This document shows positions 8,995 to 20,085 of a stretch of DNA of 64,000 nucleotides, piece after piece. The DNA is taken from assembly GCA_946965045.2 (NCBI GenBank), contig OX337233.1:2790001-2854000 (forward strand), in the 5' to 3' direction. This DNA is from Epithemia pelagica. Its lineage: Eukaryota > Protista > Bacillariophyta. Under the pieces are notes generated by a model. It saw nothing but the letters and a program-made list of their open reading frames with translations. It made no database searches and was not told the origin of the DNA. Each line of letters begins with the position of its first letter. Position 1 is the first letter of the stretch. Made by a program: the position numbers and the translations under genes.

Positions 8995-9704
8995 TTAATG
9001 TTGTGTATCCGGTTCTGGGAGCTTGCGTTTTCGACTCGCGAGTTGAGCGACCTTTCGAGCTCCTGCCATGAGCTGGTCGGAAACACCAACTGAATTTGGA
9101 TTTGATGCCAAGGACTTTTGGTACGGGTTGCTGACATGGACTTTGACCGACGACAATGTCCTTGCTTCAACTGTTGGAATGCTCACAATGTGGATCCGTG
9201 ATGATTCGTGGGATTCATCTGATTTAGGAGTGTTGTTTTCTGTCCTGTTGACATTTGGATCGGTACTTGTTGTTGTTTGGGCCTCACGACAAGAGGCACA
9301 CAAACAAGAACATGGCGTCGTTGTGGAACGACTGACAAACTTGGCTCCACACTTTGTACAATGCTTGATGCATGTGGCATTTCGTCGTCTTGGGACCCGC
9401 GCCGCTTTGTCGAGAACACAGCAACGCTTGAATGGTTCCTTGTTCTCTCCGCAGTGTCGCCAATGTAGAGCGTTGGTGTTCTGGTGTGTTGCCCCTGTCT
9501 CGATACTGGACATCCAAACTGGACCACAATGACACACGAGAATACACGTCTCCTTCACACTACTCGAGAAGGTGCAATCGCAATGATGGCATTCTTACAA
9601 TTGTGTCTTGCCCTTGCATTGTCGAAACGAGCGCCATCGTTGCGAGAACGACGGCGGCGAAACCGGCAAATTTTCCGCGACTGATATTGGCATCAAATTT
9701 TTGC
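8995..9704 (-). pseudogene. Truncated, internally deleted duplicate of the gene at 1-1448 and its upstream region
   Basis: 9032-9072 matches 1-42 and about 9073-9704 matches about 1141-1762. The equivalent of 43-1140 (1098 bp) is missing, and a 1-nt deletion follows the ATG (ATGCCACATGC vs ATGCCACGATGC). Confidence 0.85.
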
Positions 9705-9772
9705 AGAGGAGAGAGAGTTCGCGCGCCTACGTCGTCGGTCGGCGGGATGGAAAATGATGTGCCCGGTCATAA

Positions 9773-10052
9773 GGGGGTATATTATCGGGCGCGCGGAGCA
9801 TGTGCGGAGCATGATATGGGCGGAGAAAGGCCAAACCAACCCGGATATAGAGCTTTCCTCCGCAAAATTTACATGCGGAGGAAGAGTGCGGGTGGAGCAT
9901 GGTTGGAAGCAAAATCACGCGTCCACACGCCACACACTCAATGCGTCGAACAGTCGAAGTCTTAGACGCGCGGAGCATGCATCGTGGAGCATGCATTGCT
10001 CCCCCCATATCCATGCTCCGCCCATGCTCCGCGCGCCCGATAACATACCCCC
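9773..10052. mobile_element. 280-bp MITE, PIF/Harbinger (Tourist-like)
   Basis: About 48-bp imperfect TIRs GGGGGTAT(A/G)TTATCGGGCGCGCGGAGCATG... and TAA target duplication at 9770-9772 and 10053-10055. No coding capacity. Confidence 0.9.
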
Positions 10053-10199
10053 TAATTCGAGTGGCGGCAACCCAAAAAATTTGGAGTTTGGATCGAGCCG
10101 GGTGTCTGGTTGTGTATCTTTTGTATCTCTCTAAAAGGCAACAATCCCCAAACAGAAAGACAGGTACGAAGAACGAAAGCACTCCCAATATTCGAACCG

Positions 10200-12239
10200 A
10201 TGGAACGGAAGCACGCCGCTCGTCCAAGGTCGGCGCCCCGTGGTGGTATTGAAGAATCATCCACCAACAAGAGCAGGGGCCATGACGTTGACGATTATGA
10301 TCACCAAAAGAAGAGCACCATGACCTCCTGGAAACGTCGTCAGATTGTCATGTGCCAATGCATCATGTGCATGCTGGTGTTTCTATTTCTGGGCTTGACG
10401 AGCTTTGGATATCATCGGCGTCATCACAATAAACTGGGAAATAAACAAAAACGAGCATGGTTTCTCTTCCTCAAGAGGTCCAAGGTAGATGTCGTCGGCT
10501 TGGCGGAAAAGGACCAGTTTCTGGGAAAAAACCCTGCCGTTGCCGAACAATGGGAAAATTACATGCAGAAAAACAGTGTCGTAGGAGAACTCTTTGAAGA
10601 AGAGGAGGCCAAACCATATTGGGAACCAGAACCGTACGATACCATGGGTCACTTGGCCAATGAGCTTGGATCGGGCGCAGAATCCATGATGGAATGGCTC
10701 CAAGAAGATGTGGTGGAACCGATTCTTGGAGACGAAATGGCTTACAAGTTTGGTGACGCTGTGCATGACGCGTTGAATACAGTGGGAGATTGGGCGGACG
10801 ACTTTCAAGCCACAGAGTGGGACGAGGTCGGACAGTCCTTTTGGGACTCGATCAGTAGTATCTTGAATACGACTGTCGAGGCAACGGTTGACTCCGCCAT
10901 GGAATGGATGGGAAATAGCACCGACTGGGCAAATTGGACCGTTAACTTCCAACGAGCCTCGGCGTCGGTTTCGTCGCTTTGGAACTATACCACGGAAATG
11001 GAGAAACAGGATGACATGGAGCCAGAGCAAGTACACGATCACCTCAGGGCACAATCATCACGCAGGGACGAAACAAGCGAAGCTGCACCGGATGGACAAA
11101 AGAAACATTTACGAGCATCAGCTTCTGTTCCATTGCCCGAATTTTTGACCAAAGAAAAGAAACTCATGAAGTATGCCTTTATCACTACCGGGTTTCCCAA
11201 CCAAGAACAAGAGTCTTGGAGATTTGAAACCTATGTACTGGGTGCACTCAAGACCTACCTCAAAAACACAGTCTTGTTTTACATTGTAAATGTACGGGCT
11301 GCCATCAAGGTGAAAGAACTTTGTGAGGAGAAACGAAACAAACATGCTTGTGAACGTCTGATTCCAATCACTGTGGCCTGTCCGGGAAAGGACTATGGTG
11401 TTTCGGGCTGCTGTCAACAGGACAAGGGTATGGCGAAAATTGCCCAAAACTACCCCGACTTTGACTGGTACATTTACCTTCAAGACGATATTTATTTCCG
11501 TCTTGATTATCTCAGCAATTTTGTGCGAGCCTTGCCCAACCCACATGAAGAAAGCCTCTTACTCTCCGCCTCCCCATTTCAACCTCATGGACGGCAACCA
11601 TTCTTTATGACTCAAGCACAAACTATGCGCGGTGCGCTCACCTCCTCCAACTGCAGCTCGAGTCCCAATCATGTGTATCCATGGGGACGACCCGCCCTCA
11701 TGTATTCCAACGCTGCCCTCCAAACAGTTTTGCCTGCTTACAAGAGATTGGCCATTTCCCAAGAATGCAATGCGTTTCGCGTGTCGGCCAATGAAGCAAG
11801 CCCCATTGTTCATTGGATGCATCAACTGCCCGTGGCTAAATTGCCTCCCATTGCCGCCCGTGCATGGGATCACCTGGACACTCGTCTTTCCATTGAGAGT
11901 GACAATACCTTTTTCCGACAGTACATTGCGTTCCGGGCCGATGTGAAACGATACAACTTTACGGAAATGCACACACACGTACAGGCCGCCCGACGAGAAG
12001 CCAAAACGGCCGATCATAAGAATTTCCCAACACAGCCCTACAACTATCGCTTTCACCGTCCCACGGGCTTTCAAGACTCGGACTTGTTTCGAAACTACGG
12101 TGCCGTTCAGAAATGGACCGACTGGCACGTGTTCACACCAGGAGATTGTACCAAGGCCAATAAGACAAAGTATGGAAACATGATGTTGAATGGCAAATGG
12201 AAAAGACCCTACGACGGAAAAGACCCTACGACTCGGTAA
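10200..12239 (+). CDS. Type II membrane glycosyltransferase, GT31/Fringe-like
   Basis: N-terminal TM helix (IVMCQCIMCMLVFLFLGLTSF), long stem, and catalytic-like motif YPDFDWYIYLQDDIYF plus YPWG. Confidence 0.7.
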   Translation: MERKHAARPRSAPRGGIEESSTNKSRGHDVDDYDHQKKSTMTSWKRRQIVMCQCIMCMLVFLFLGLTSFGYHRRHHNKLGNKQKRAWFLFLKRSKVDVVGLAEKDQFLGKNPAVAEQWENYMQKNSVVGELFEEEEAKPYWEPEPYDTMGHLANELGSGAESMMEWLQEDVVEPILGDEMAYKFGDAVHDALNTVGDWADDFQATEWDEVGQSFWDSISSILNTTVEATVDSAMEWMGNSTDWANWTVNFQRASASVSSLWNYTTEMEKQDDMEPEQVHDHLRAQSSRRDETSEAAPDGQKKHLRASASVPLPEFLTKEKKLMKYAFITTGFPNQEQESWRFETYVLGALKTYLKNTVLFYIVNVRAAIKVKELCEEKRNKHACERLIPITVACPGKDYGVSGCCQQDKGMAKIAQNYPDFDWYIYLQDDIYFRLDYLSNFVRALPNPHEESLLLSASPFQPHGRQPFFMTQAQTMRGALTSSNCSSSPNHVYPWGRPALMYSNAALQTVLPAYKRLAISQECNAFRVSANEASPIVHWMHQLPVAKLPPIAARAWDHLDTRLSIESDNTFFRQYIAFRADVKRYNFTEMHTHVQAARREAKTADHKNFPTQPYNYRFHRPTGFQDSDLFRNYGAVQKWTDWHVFTPGDCTKANKTKYGNMMLNGKWKRPYDGKDPTTR

Positions 12240-12507
12240 ACACGACGTACAACCGGGAAGCGATGTTGAAAAAGCTGCAAGAACGGCGAGCACAAGCTGC
12301 GAAAGCGAGTTCTTCAGCTGTATTGGCAAAAGAGTCGGCACGCGATGGGTCAGCGAATCGATAGAACTACGAAGACATACCAGTGTGAAGAAAGAGGCCA
12401 AGACTATAGGATCATGGTTTTACCGTTATCTGGGATCTGCACACCTCTTTCTCTGCCTCATTTCAACTTATCATTTATTGACAGATGGTCCGTGCTGAAT
12501 CAGACAT

Positions 12508-13387
12508 CTACTCAATGATGCTTTCCCAGGCTCCGCGCACACGATCCATCATTGTGATTTTGTACTCTTTTGCATACTTGGGAGGTTCCGCGAAAAAGAC
12601 AATGGATATCCTTGCTGAAACTGGCGTCGTTTCGGAGTAATCGTTGGCCGGGCAAACTCGATGTTCGTGAGTTTTGTTCAATGACAATGGCATGAAATAC
12701 ATGTCTCCCAAGCCTGGCCGAATAGAAGAAGTTTGGTCCTCCATATCATTGTTCTTCTTAGCCGACTTTTTCTGTTTTGGCCGGTTGCATTTTTTAATAA
12801 CATAGGATCAACATCACTAAAATCAATTTCTACCTCTAACTCATTTGTATAAGTCATCAATGTTCTCCGAAATCAGATTGTACAATTTTAGTACATCAAG
12901 AACTGGATATCTCGTTCCGATCCCAACGTGAGAACAAATATGTGACTTCCATATGTGTCTGTATGCCAGACAATGTCATGATTGGGATCTTGGAAGCGAT
13001 TGCAAAAGACATCGGAAACTTGAACGTCAAACCGATTTTCAATAGACTTGCAAAGCTTTTCGAGCAACATGGTTCCTTCCCCCATTTGGAGCTGTTTCTT
13101 GGTACGCTTGAACAAGAACGCGTGTTGATTCAGTTTCTCCCCGTAGAGTTTGGGGTTCAAGTCCCACGGAAATTTGTTATCAAAGACCTCAAAGGCCTCA
13201 TCGGCTTCTTGTGGGCTCAAAAAGCCTGGAAACAAAAATAGACCGGATTGCTTTTCGGATTATGATCAGTCTTTCTAATTGACGTGTTCGATCCAACAGA
13301 TCCAACTTCCAACTCGGAAGACCACAAGAATCAAGAGGAGTCAGTCGTGGTCGTGCTTTTGGGGTTTGGGGTTTGGGGGATCGACAT
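12508..13387 (-). pseudogene. AlkB-like 2OG-Fe(II) oxygenase, apparently disrupted
   Basis: HxD motif (WHTD), LTLG, distal His (THEHRV) and RISIVF lie in two ORF pieces (12888-13235, 12508-12744). There is an early in-frame TGA, a frameshift near 13236, and no phase-compatible GT-AG pair joining the pieces. Confidence 0.65.
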
Positions 13388-13716
13388 CGAAGTGACCACA
13401 TAGCACATAGCACACATAGCTCTATCGCCATAGTCTTGAATTCAGCAGTCACGCAAGAGAATTTTTTGGCGTTTCCTCCCCGAAAATGTGGCAACCCAGC
13501 GCGAACAAAAGAGACACTACATATTGAGAACCTTTACACGTCTGAGTATGGAGCGCTGGAGATGCTTCTTTGGTGCCACCCCATCTTGCGTGAGAGGTGT
13601 GGTTGTGGTGGATAAGATTGGTGTTGAACGAGCCCAAGACTTTGACTTCTGCATCAACGGTCTGTTGTATCATCAGTTGGCTGCGTTCAGAGAGCGTATT
13701 TGATCCTACTTGCACG

Positions 13717-15585
13717 ATGACAGCGTGGACAAGACATGAGAGTCAAAGGCCACTCTCATGGCTTCGTTTAACCAATTTAGCGCTGGGCATGGCTATGCTG
13801 CCATGGTGCGTCATGGGCATGATCACTATCTCCGAATCAGGCAAGCGATACGCTAGCCGACAAGACAAATACTACGGTCCGAAATTCCGCAGGGGCTATC
13901 AATACCTTGCTCGTTTGCAGTATGTCGAACAAAATATAGAACTTTGTCCTACAGGAGCCAACACGACGTACGACCTCATCAAACCGTTTGATGGACTACC
14001 GATTGCCTTGCTGATTCGTCCAGGCAAGTGCTCCTTTCGAGAAAAGCTTAAGTTTGTCAAGGAAAATGTCAACCCAGGTGGTCTGGTGAAATACTTGATC
14101 TTTGATTCTACTGCGTACATGATTGAAGGTGAAGAAAGTAGCGCTGATGACCATGGTTTCCATGAAGAAGGGCATTTGGAAGAAATGTATGAATCGAACT
14201 CCCTTGATTATTTTCTAGGTATTGCTGACGACGATGACGACGAACTGGAGGAAGAAGATGAAGAGTTACTGGGAGGAAGGCGACATAGTAATCGACGTGA
14301 CACTTCCGTTCCACAGCATATTTTGCATGTCTCTTCAAGAACAGAACATCATCTACTTGATTTGCTCCAACGGCAATCCACTTTGTCGTATAAGAGCGGA
14401 GGTATTCAAATATCCATGGACGGTAGGATTGGTACTTCGGTCATACAGCAGTCAACCGCACTCTGGATTTCTTTCGCAGCCTTAATGGGTGCCTGTTGTT
14501 GCTCTTTCTTCCTCATTCTCAGTGGTTCACGCAATGGATGGTGGGAGGATCCGGAACCTCCTGCAGCGCCTCAACCTCCCAGGCCTCAGCGACGTCGACT
14601 GACCAAGGAGCAAGTGCGACGTCTTTTCCCCGTCTATATGTTCAATGGTGAAACGCTGGAGTCAATGGATAAAGGAGCGGCACTAAACAATGTATCACGG
14701 GGAACGGATGTCGAGAACGGTGAAGGAGGAGGCGATCAGGTCCTCCCCCAAGTGCCTCAACCTTTGGAATTGTCAATGTGTTCAATATGTCTGGATGACT
14801 ACGAAGCTGGGGACCGCATTCGTGTCTTGGAGCCGTGCAAACACGCCTTCCACGCGAAATGTATTGGGCGGTGGTTGGCCGAGCGCTCAGCCACTTGCCC
14901 TCTTTGTAAGATGGAAATATATGACCCCGAAGAAGAAGAGTCTGATGACGAGGAGGAAGAAGAGGAAACGGAGCAACAAGCTCTTGCCCCGCCCGCGGCA
15001 AATGAAAACCGAGAAACGGCTGCTCAATCAAACGATTTCCGATCACGCTTCTTCTATTCGTTCAATAGGCCGACTGTCCCTGAAACGGACGAGGAACCTC
15101 CGCCTCTTGTTGAGGAACGAGATGGTCGTGAAGGTGTTACTTCGCCCACACCATCGGCTACCCTGGAACTCGATGACAATGCAAGTTCTGTTGTTGAGCA
15201 ATTCCGTCGGCCATGGTGGTGGAGAAGAATGCGAAGGTGGTTTGCATCGCGCAATGGTAGTATCAACTTGGAAGATACCACTTTGACACTGTCTCAACCA
15301 TTGTTGGGAGGAGAAATAAATTCACCAAGTCACTTGCATCCGCAAGGACCGTTGACCGAAGGGAACTTGATGAGGCCTCTGGAGGCGACACTCTCTCCGG
15401 AAAACACGCCTTTGGTAACCCCGTCAGCTTCACTTGTCGCAGATTCTGTCGCGTCGGTCGTGCCAGGGACAACTGCTGGGATAGGAAACGAGGACGTCAC
15501 TGCTCCTTCCTCGACAACCATTAGTGAAGACCCAGTTCCTGACCCTCCAGGACAGCATGCTAACTCGAGGGCGTTTGAAGTATAG
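13717..15585 (+). CDS. PA-domain / TM / RING-H2 E3 ubiquitin ligase (RNF13/RMR-like)
   Basis: PA-like IALLIRPGKCSFREKL, TM LWISFAALMGACCCSFFLIL, and RING-H2 CSICLDDY...CKHAFHAKCIGRWL...CPLCK. Start codon uncertain. Confidence 0.88.
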   Translation: MTAWTRHESQRPLSWLRLTNLALGMAMLPWCVMGMITISESGKRYASRQDKYYGPKFRRGYQYLARLQYVEQNIELCPTGANTTYDLIKPFDGLPIALLIRPGKCSFREKLKFVKENVNPGGLVKYLIFDSTAYMIEGEESSADDHGFHEEGHLEEMYESNSLDYFLGIADDDDDELEEEDEELLGGRRHSNRRDTSVPQHILHVSSRTEHHLLDLLQRQSTLSYKSGGIQISMDGRIGTSVIQQSTALWISFAALMGACCCSFFLILSGSRNGWWEDPEPPAAPQPPRPQRRRLTKEQVRRLFPVYMFNGETLESMDKGAALNNVSRGTDVENGEGGGDQVLPQVPQPLELSMCSICLDDYEAGDRIRVLEPCKHAFHAKCIGRWLAERSATCPLCKMEIYDPEEEESDDEEEEEETEQQALAPPAANENRETAAQSNDFRSRFFYSFNRPTVPETDEEPPPLVEERDGREGVTSPTPSATLELDDNASSVVEQFRRPWWWRRMRRWFASRNGSINLEDTTLTLSQPLLGGEINSPSHLHPQGPLTEGNLMRPLEATLSPENTPLVTPSASLVADSVASVVPGTTAGIGNEDVTAPSSTTISEDPVPDPPGQHANSRAFEV

Positions 15586-15996
15586 CATCTGAGACCTTGT
15601 ATTTTGAAGGCTCATGCATATAGAAAATGATTTGATAGTTTGATTTTTCATTTTCTGTTTGTGGAATATCATATTCCCCGCGTTGAGTGCTCAAGTAGGT
15701 GAACGGGGGAACCTACGAAATATTGACCCTCGTGAATGGAAGGAACGTCCAAACTATGACTACCGTACATTACCTTGCGAATTGCGAATATCGTCTGACC
15801 TTACTCGAAGATCAGGTAATAGAGAAGTTGACAGACGAAGAGTATCAACAAGTGCCTCGTCGATTACTTCAATTTGTATGCCTTTTCTACAAAAGCATTG
15901 GACAATATCTAGGAACCATCACCTTGCTCTTACCCACTGCTAACAGATGAAGAAGTGATTATGTACTCTTATAAATTAACAACGTGTATTGAGACT

Positions 15997-16872
15997 CTAC
16001 TTGTCCAGAATCGATGGTATTCGGTCAATGATTTTGAGGGGGCTTTTGAGTTGATCAATTGTAAACTCGGTATCCCAAGATATAGTAGACTCTTGTTCGA
16101 AATGATCTTCCTCCTCGTCATCATCGTCAAACAGGTCTTGCATTTCCGGACTCCCATCATCCATAGCACACATTTTTGGTGAATCACCGTCTTCATCGGC
16201 TTGATCTGGGTCGGCGCCGTGTTCCAAGAGAATCTTTGCAATATTGACATGACCTGCAATCACTGTCGCTTGCAGAACGGATACACCGTGTTGATCTGCC
16301 GCACTCACATCAGCTCCGCGGTCCAACAAATACTTGAGCACGTTCACGGATTTGTTATCAGCAGCGACATGCAATGCTGTTTGACCGCAGTCGTCAATGT
16401 GATCCATAGGCACATTGATCTGGTCCAAAAGTATTTTCATAGCTTCGACATCATCTTCGGCGGCTGCAAGAAAGAGCATGTCTTCTGGTGACATGTCGCT
16501 GTCAATCGCAGTATGTCCTTCTGAAGAAGAAGATGACGGATCACCATTGATATTCGCTCTCTTCAGCCGTCGTAGTGACCTAGAGGATGTGTTGTTGTTG
16601 GTGTCGTCTTCTGTCTTCAGAATTTCTAGAGCCCTGTGTAGATGTTGGAATGCTTCATCAAGCGTATCCTCTGGAATATCTCCAAGCTTCTTCCATGCCT
16701 TCCTTTTCGATATGCTCCTTCGAAAAGACATTTGCATTTGTGGAGCATTTCCCTTTGTCGCCTGTTTGTACAGGCCATATAGCAAGTGTTTGTCCGATTT
16801 CGGGACACTGGAAGACTTCTTCGATTTCTTGTCTCCATAGAGATAGGTTAAGACATTACTCGGCTTCGTCAT
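15997..16872 (-). CDS. Acyl-CoA-binding domain plus ankyrin repeat protein (ACBD6-like), copy A
   Basis: LLYGLYKQATKG...KAWKKL (ACBP) followed by GQTALHVAA, GVSVLQATV and GDSP ankyrin repeats. Confidence 0.85.
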   Translation of the reverse strand: MTKPSNVLTYLYGDKKSKKSSSVPKSDKHLLYGLYKQATKGNAPQMQMSFRRSISKRKAWKKLGDIPEDTLDEAFQHLHRALEILKTEDDTNNNTSSRSLRRLKRANINGDPSSSSSEGHTAIDSDMSPEDMLFLAAAEDDVEAMKILLDQINVPMDHIDDCGQTALHVAADNKSVNVLKYLLDRGADVSAADQHGVSVLQATVIAGHVNIAKILLEHGADPDQADEDGDSPKMCAMDDGSPEMQDLFDDDDEEEDHFEQESTISWDTEFTIDQLKSPLKIIDRIPSILDK

Positions 16873-17843
16873 CGTTTCGATCGGTGGTTATCTACAACAG
16901 CCACCCTCTGAATCAATCTGCTTGCACGATAGGCTCTTTTTTAAATCCAATCGCCTGAAAATCACGAAAGATGAGGCGATAAATGAGTCGCCGGATCAAA
17001 GAACAATCAAACTCTTCGACCCTCACGTCCAGCGACCAGCGACCCAGCGAGACGCTCTCGAATGGATAGAAATGGATGACAATCAACTTACCCTATGCTT
17101 GTAGAGATAGCAACAATTGCAATGGACAGCCGCTCCTCAAAGACTCAGATCATATGATTGTTGTTGATTTGGGTGAGGAATCGACATCGAGAATTGTGAT
17201 CGACGAAACGATTTAACCGTCTTGTGTAGCACAAGCGAACCGCGAGATGCTTGCTCGGTGACTTTTGGGAAGCGCGAAGACCGGATTCCGACATGTTCAC
17301 GAGTCGGCAGGCGCGTTATGGAGACATAGCTATTTCCCGAGTAGACGAGTACTTAGCGATCATGTTGAATTTGACGGTACCCGTGTGTAAGTACACAGAA
17401 AAATTTTAATCCTACACGTATCGCAGAAAATATACGGGAGTTGCATGTCAGTCGTGGGAAAAATGGAAAATATCAAATAGAACTTTTCCATACGAATCCT
17501 CGATAATTTTTGTCTTTTGTACCAGATATATTGTAAAAATCAATTTATCGACAGACTGTTAACGCGAAATTGACATTGAGGAGATAAAAAACAAGTTTTG
17601 GAAAATATCAAAAAGCTAAATCTATGTCATTTGTCTTTTCCTGGGCGAGGGCTCCCAAACCCGCATGTCTTGTTCTACGCTGCGCACGACCAAAGATGCC
17701 ACGCGCGAGGCGACCCCTCATCCTATACAACACAAAATAATGATGCTCGCATCAAGCATCTCTCATCTCCCTGCTTCCCTGCTTCATCCTCCACTACGGC
17801 CGTGTGGAAAAACGCCAGCAACACTGGAACTTAGCTGGGTATG

Positions 17844-19676
17844 TACCCCCAAGCAGGGGTGAGTCAGTCACGCGTGATTGGATGCACGATGTGCATCCGT
17901 ATACTCACCCCCTTGGCTCGACCTGGTCGCTCTCGACATTGATACAAATTTCATTCTACCTCCACGCATCCATTACGGTGGTGGAGGTGCAGAGGTATCA
18001 AATCGACCTACATCATGTCTTCTTCTTGACATAAGCGTCAGAAGCTTTCTCAGAATCAAACCCGACAAGCCTATGAAGCTCAGGTGGACCCAAGTCAGCC
18101 GGTGGCATCTGCAAGAGCAGGTTTTGATACTGGCATCGCCAAAACCAACAATACTCCTACATCCCAGGCCCGTTCCTCCTCAGCCCCCGGTATCACGTCG
18201 TTTCGCCCTCCTTCCTCCGTTGCCGCAGGTGGTATTGATGCTAGTATAGTTGCGAATTTCTCCTACGAAACTCCTTTGGCAAACCGACAGGCACAACAAC
18301 AACACTCAAGCAATCTTGTCAGGTAGGAACCATCCACATTTCTGGACAGCGCTGCGGCCAGCTCGTTGTCCCCTCTTCCCTATTGTCGTCGGACCAGTGT
18401 CCATTACCAACACTCTGTCGCGAAACCCATTCAAGAAACCATGAATCGACCTGTGACACTCTGTACCAGTTTGAATTTTGCACCGGATCCCTAATGCTAG
18501 CGGTGGTTTGATCCAAACGGCAGCGTCCAACCGTTCGTTCTGATGGACGTTTGGGGGCTTGAGCTATGTTGCAAGTTGTGTTGTTTTGGCTCGAGGCCGT
18601 CTGCTCCTTGTGTGTTGCTAGGGTCCGTCACCTATACGAAGCCTATGTAGAAGAACGGTAACACACACACATACTATGACCTCTTTGCTTCTATTTGTGT
18701 AATGCACCAAGCTCCGGTCCTCCTACTCGTCATTGTAATACTCCAAGGTGGAATTGCTGACATCGCCATAGTCGTCCACGTCTTGCGCATTTCCCACCAC
18801 CTTCCAACTCCAAAAGGTATGACTGCCACAGTAAAGGAGGCAATGATACATGAATGCCTGACGGATTGCAAGGAAAAGGACATGAAACAGGGGCTGGAAA
18901 TAGAATAGGGGAACCGATGGTCATCCTTGTCGCTCTTGGGAGGAGAATCATCGTCCTGGGAATTGAGGCCGAACGAAAGGAAGACAAAGACATGGTGTTG
19001 TTGGGAAAGCGTGTCCAATGACGAGACAACCGCCGCTGCACCAATTTCAGATCACGAAACAAAAGGAAAGATTCAAGCTATCTTTCGTTCACCGAGGAGA
19101 CACACAGACAGAAGAGATAAAGCTGCATCAGATGGCACTATCAATGGAGACAACCACAACTTGTCTTGGTTTATGGTTGTTCCGGTTCGTGCCTGGTGCA
19201 GAAGGTCTTGTCTTGGTTTATGGTTGTTCCGGTTCGTGCCTGGTGCAGAAGGTCTGGACCTTTGGAAGGCCGCTTGGTATTATGGGGAGAGAATGAGAGG
19301 GTGGAAGGGACGTAATAGAGCGGTTTGGGAAGTCGGTTGATGGATCTTCATCTCCCTCGTTGTTGTCGTGAAATGTGGTGTTTTGCTGGTTGTCCATGCT
19401 CGTGAAAGGACAATTGAAGGCAACACCGAGTAGGCAGAAGTGTCGTCGGTAGGATGGGAAAGCTTACAAGGGCTTGTGTGCGGTTGGACAACCTTCACGG
19501 CGGATGCAATCGACCTCACTAGTTTGGCACCGTGGTGGATGCGTTGAGGTAAAATGCAATTTGTATCAATGTCGGAAAATCGCCAATTTTGGGTGGTCGA
19601 GCCAAGGGGGTGAGTATACAGATGTACCTTTAGGTACGACCTATGTGCGACCTGGACTCACCCCTGCTTGGGGGTA
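17844..19676. mobile_element. Non-autonomous TIR DNA transposon (1833 bp) with 10-bp TSD; superfamily uncertain (Mutator-like TSD length)
   Basis: Perfect 22-bp TIR TACCCCCAAGCAGGGGTGAGTC plus a second inverted block about 30 bp further in. Direct repeat GCTGGGTATG at 17834-17843 and 19677-19686. No transposase motif recognised. Confidence 0.88.
19161..19254. repeat. 47-bp perfect tandem duplication inside the TIR element
   Basis: TTGTCTTGGTTTATGGTTGTTCCGGTTCGTGCCTGGTGCAGAAGGTC at 19161-19207 and 19208-19254. Confidence 0.95.
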
Positions 19677-20085
19677 GCTGGGTATGGGGCATCAAGGAAC
19701 AAGAAATACGTCATTCAGCCTCATTATTCATACCAATAAAGGACTATAAACTATAGACACCTGCAAGTACATATGTAGTCGAGACAATCGGCATCCCAGA
19801 TTACAGATTTAGCTGCAAACTGGAGAGCTCATCATCAAGCTAGTTAGAGAGTGTCGATTGGCAAGATTTTCTACTACTCATCAACTACTTTGCTTGACTT
19901 TTCAGAGCTCTAGTAGAAATAGACAATAGACACAAGACGAAGATACCTAATTCCACTGACCACGAATTCTTTCATTCGATTTTCGTGGGAATTGGACGTT
20001 GAAGATACGAAAAACCAAAGATCTTTGGTGCTGTTGTTGCGAGAATATTTCCACGTCCACAATTACACACCAAGAAAAAGTAATC

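Noticed and set aside
8995-9558. 187-aa Cys-rich ORF as an independent gene
   Set aside because: It is a deleted, frameshifted copy of the gene at 1-1448 and begins at a non-ATG codon.
17330-17640. AT-rich island with GGAAAATATCAAA twice and a 7-bp inverted match (GACATAG/CTATGTC)
   Set aside because: The repeats are too short and there is no TSD, so an element cannot be supported.
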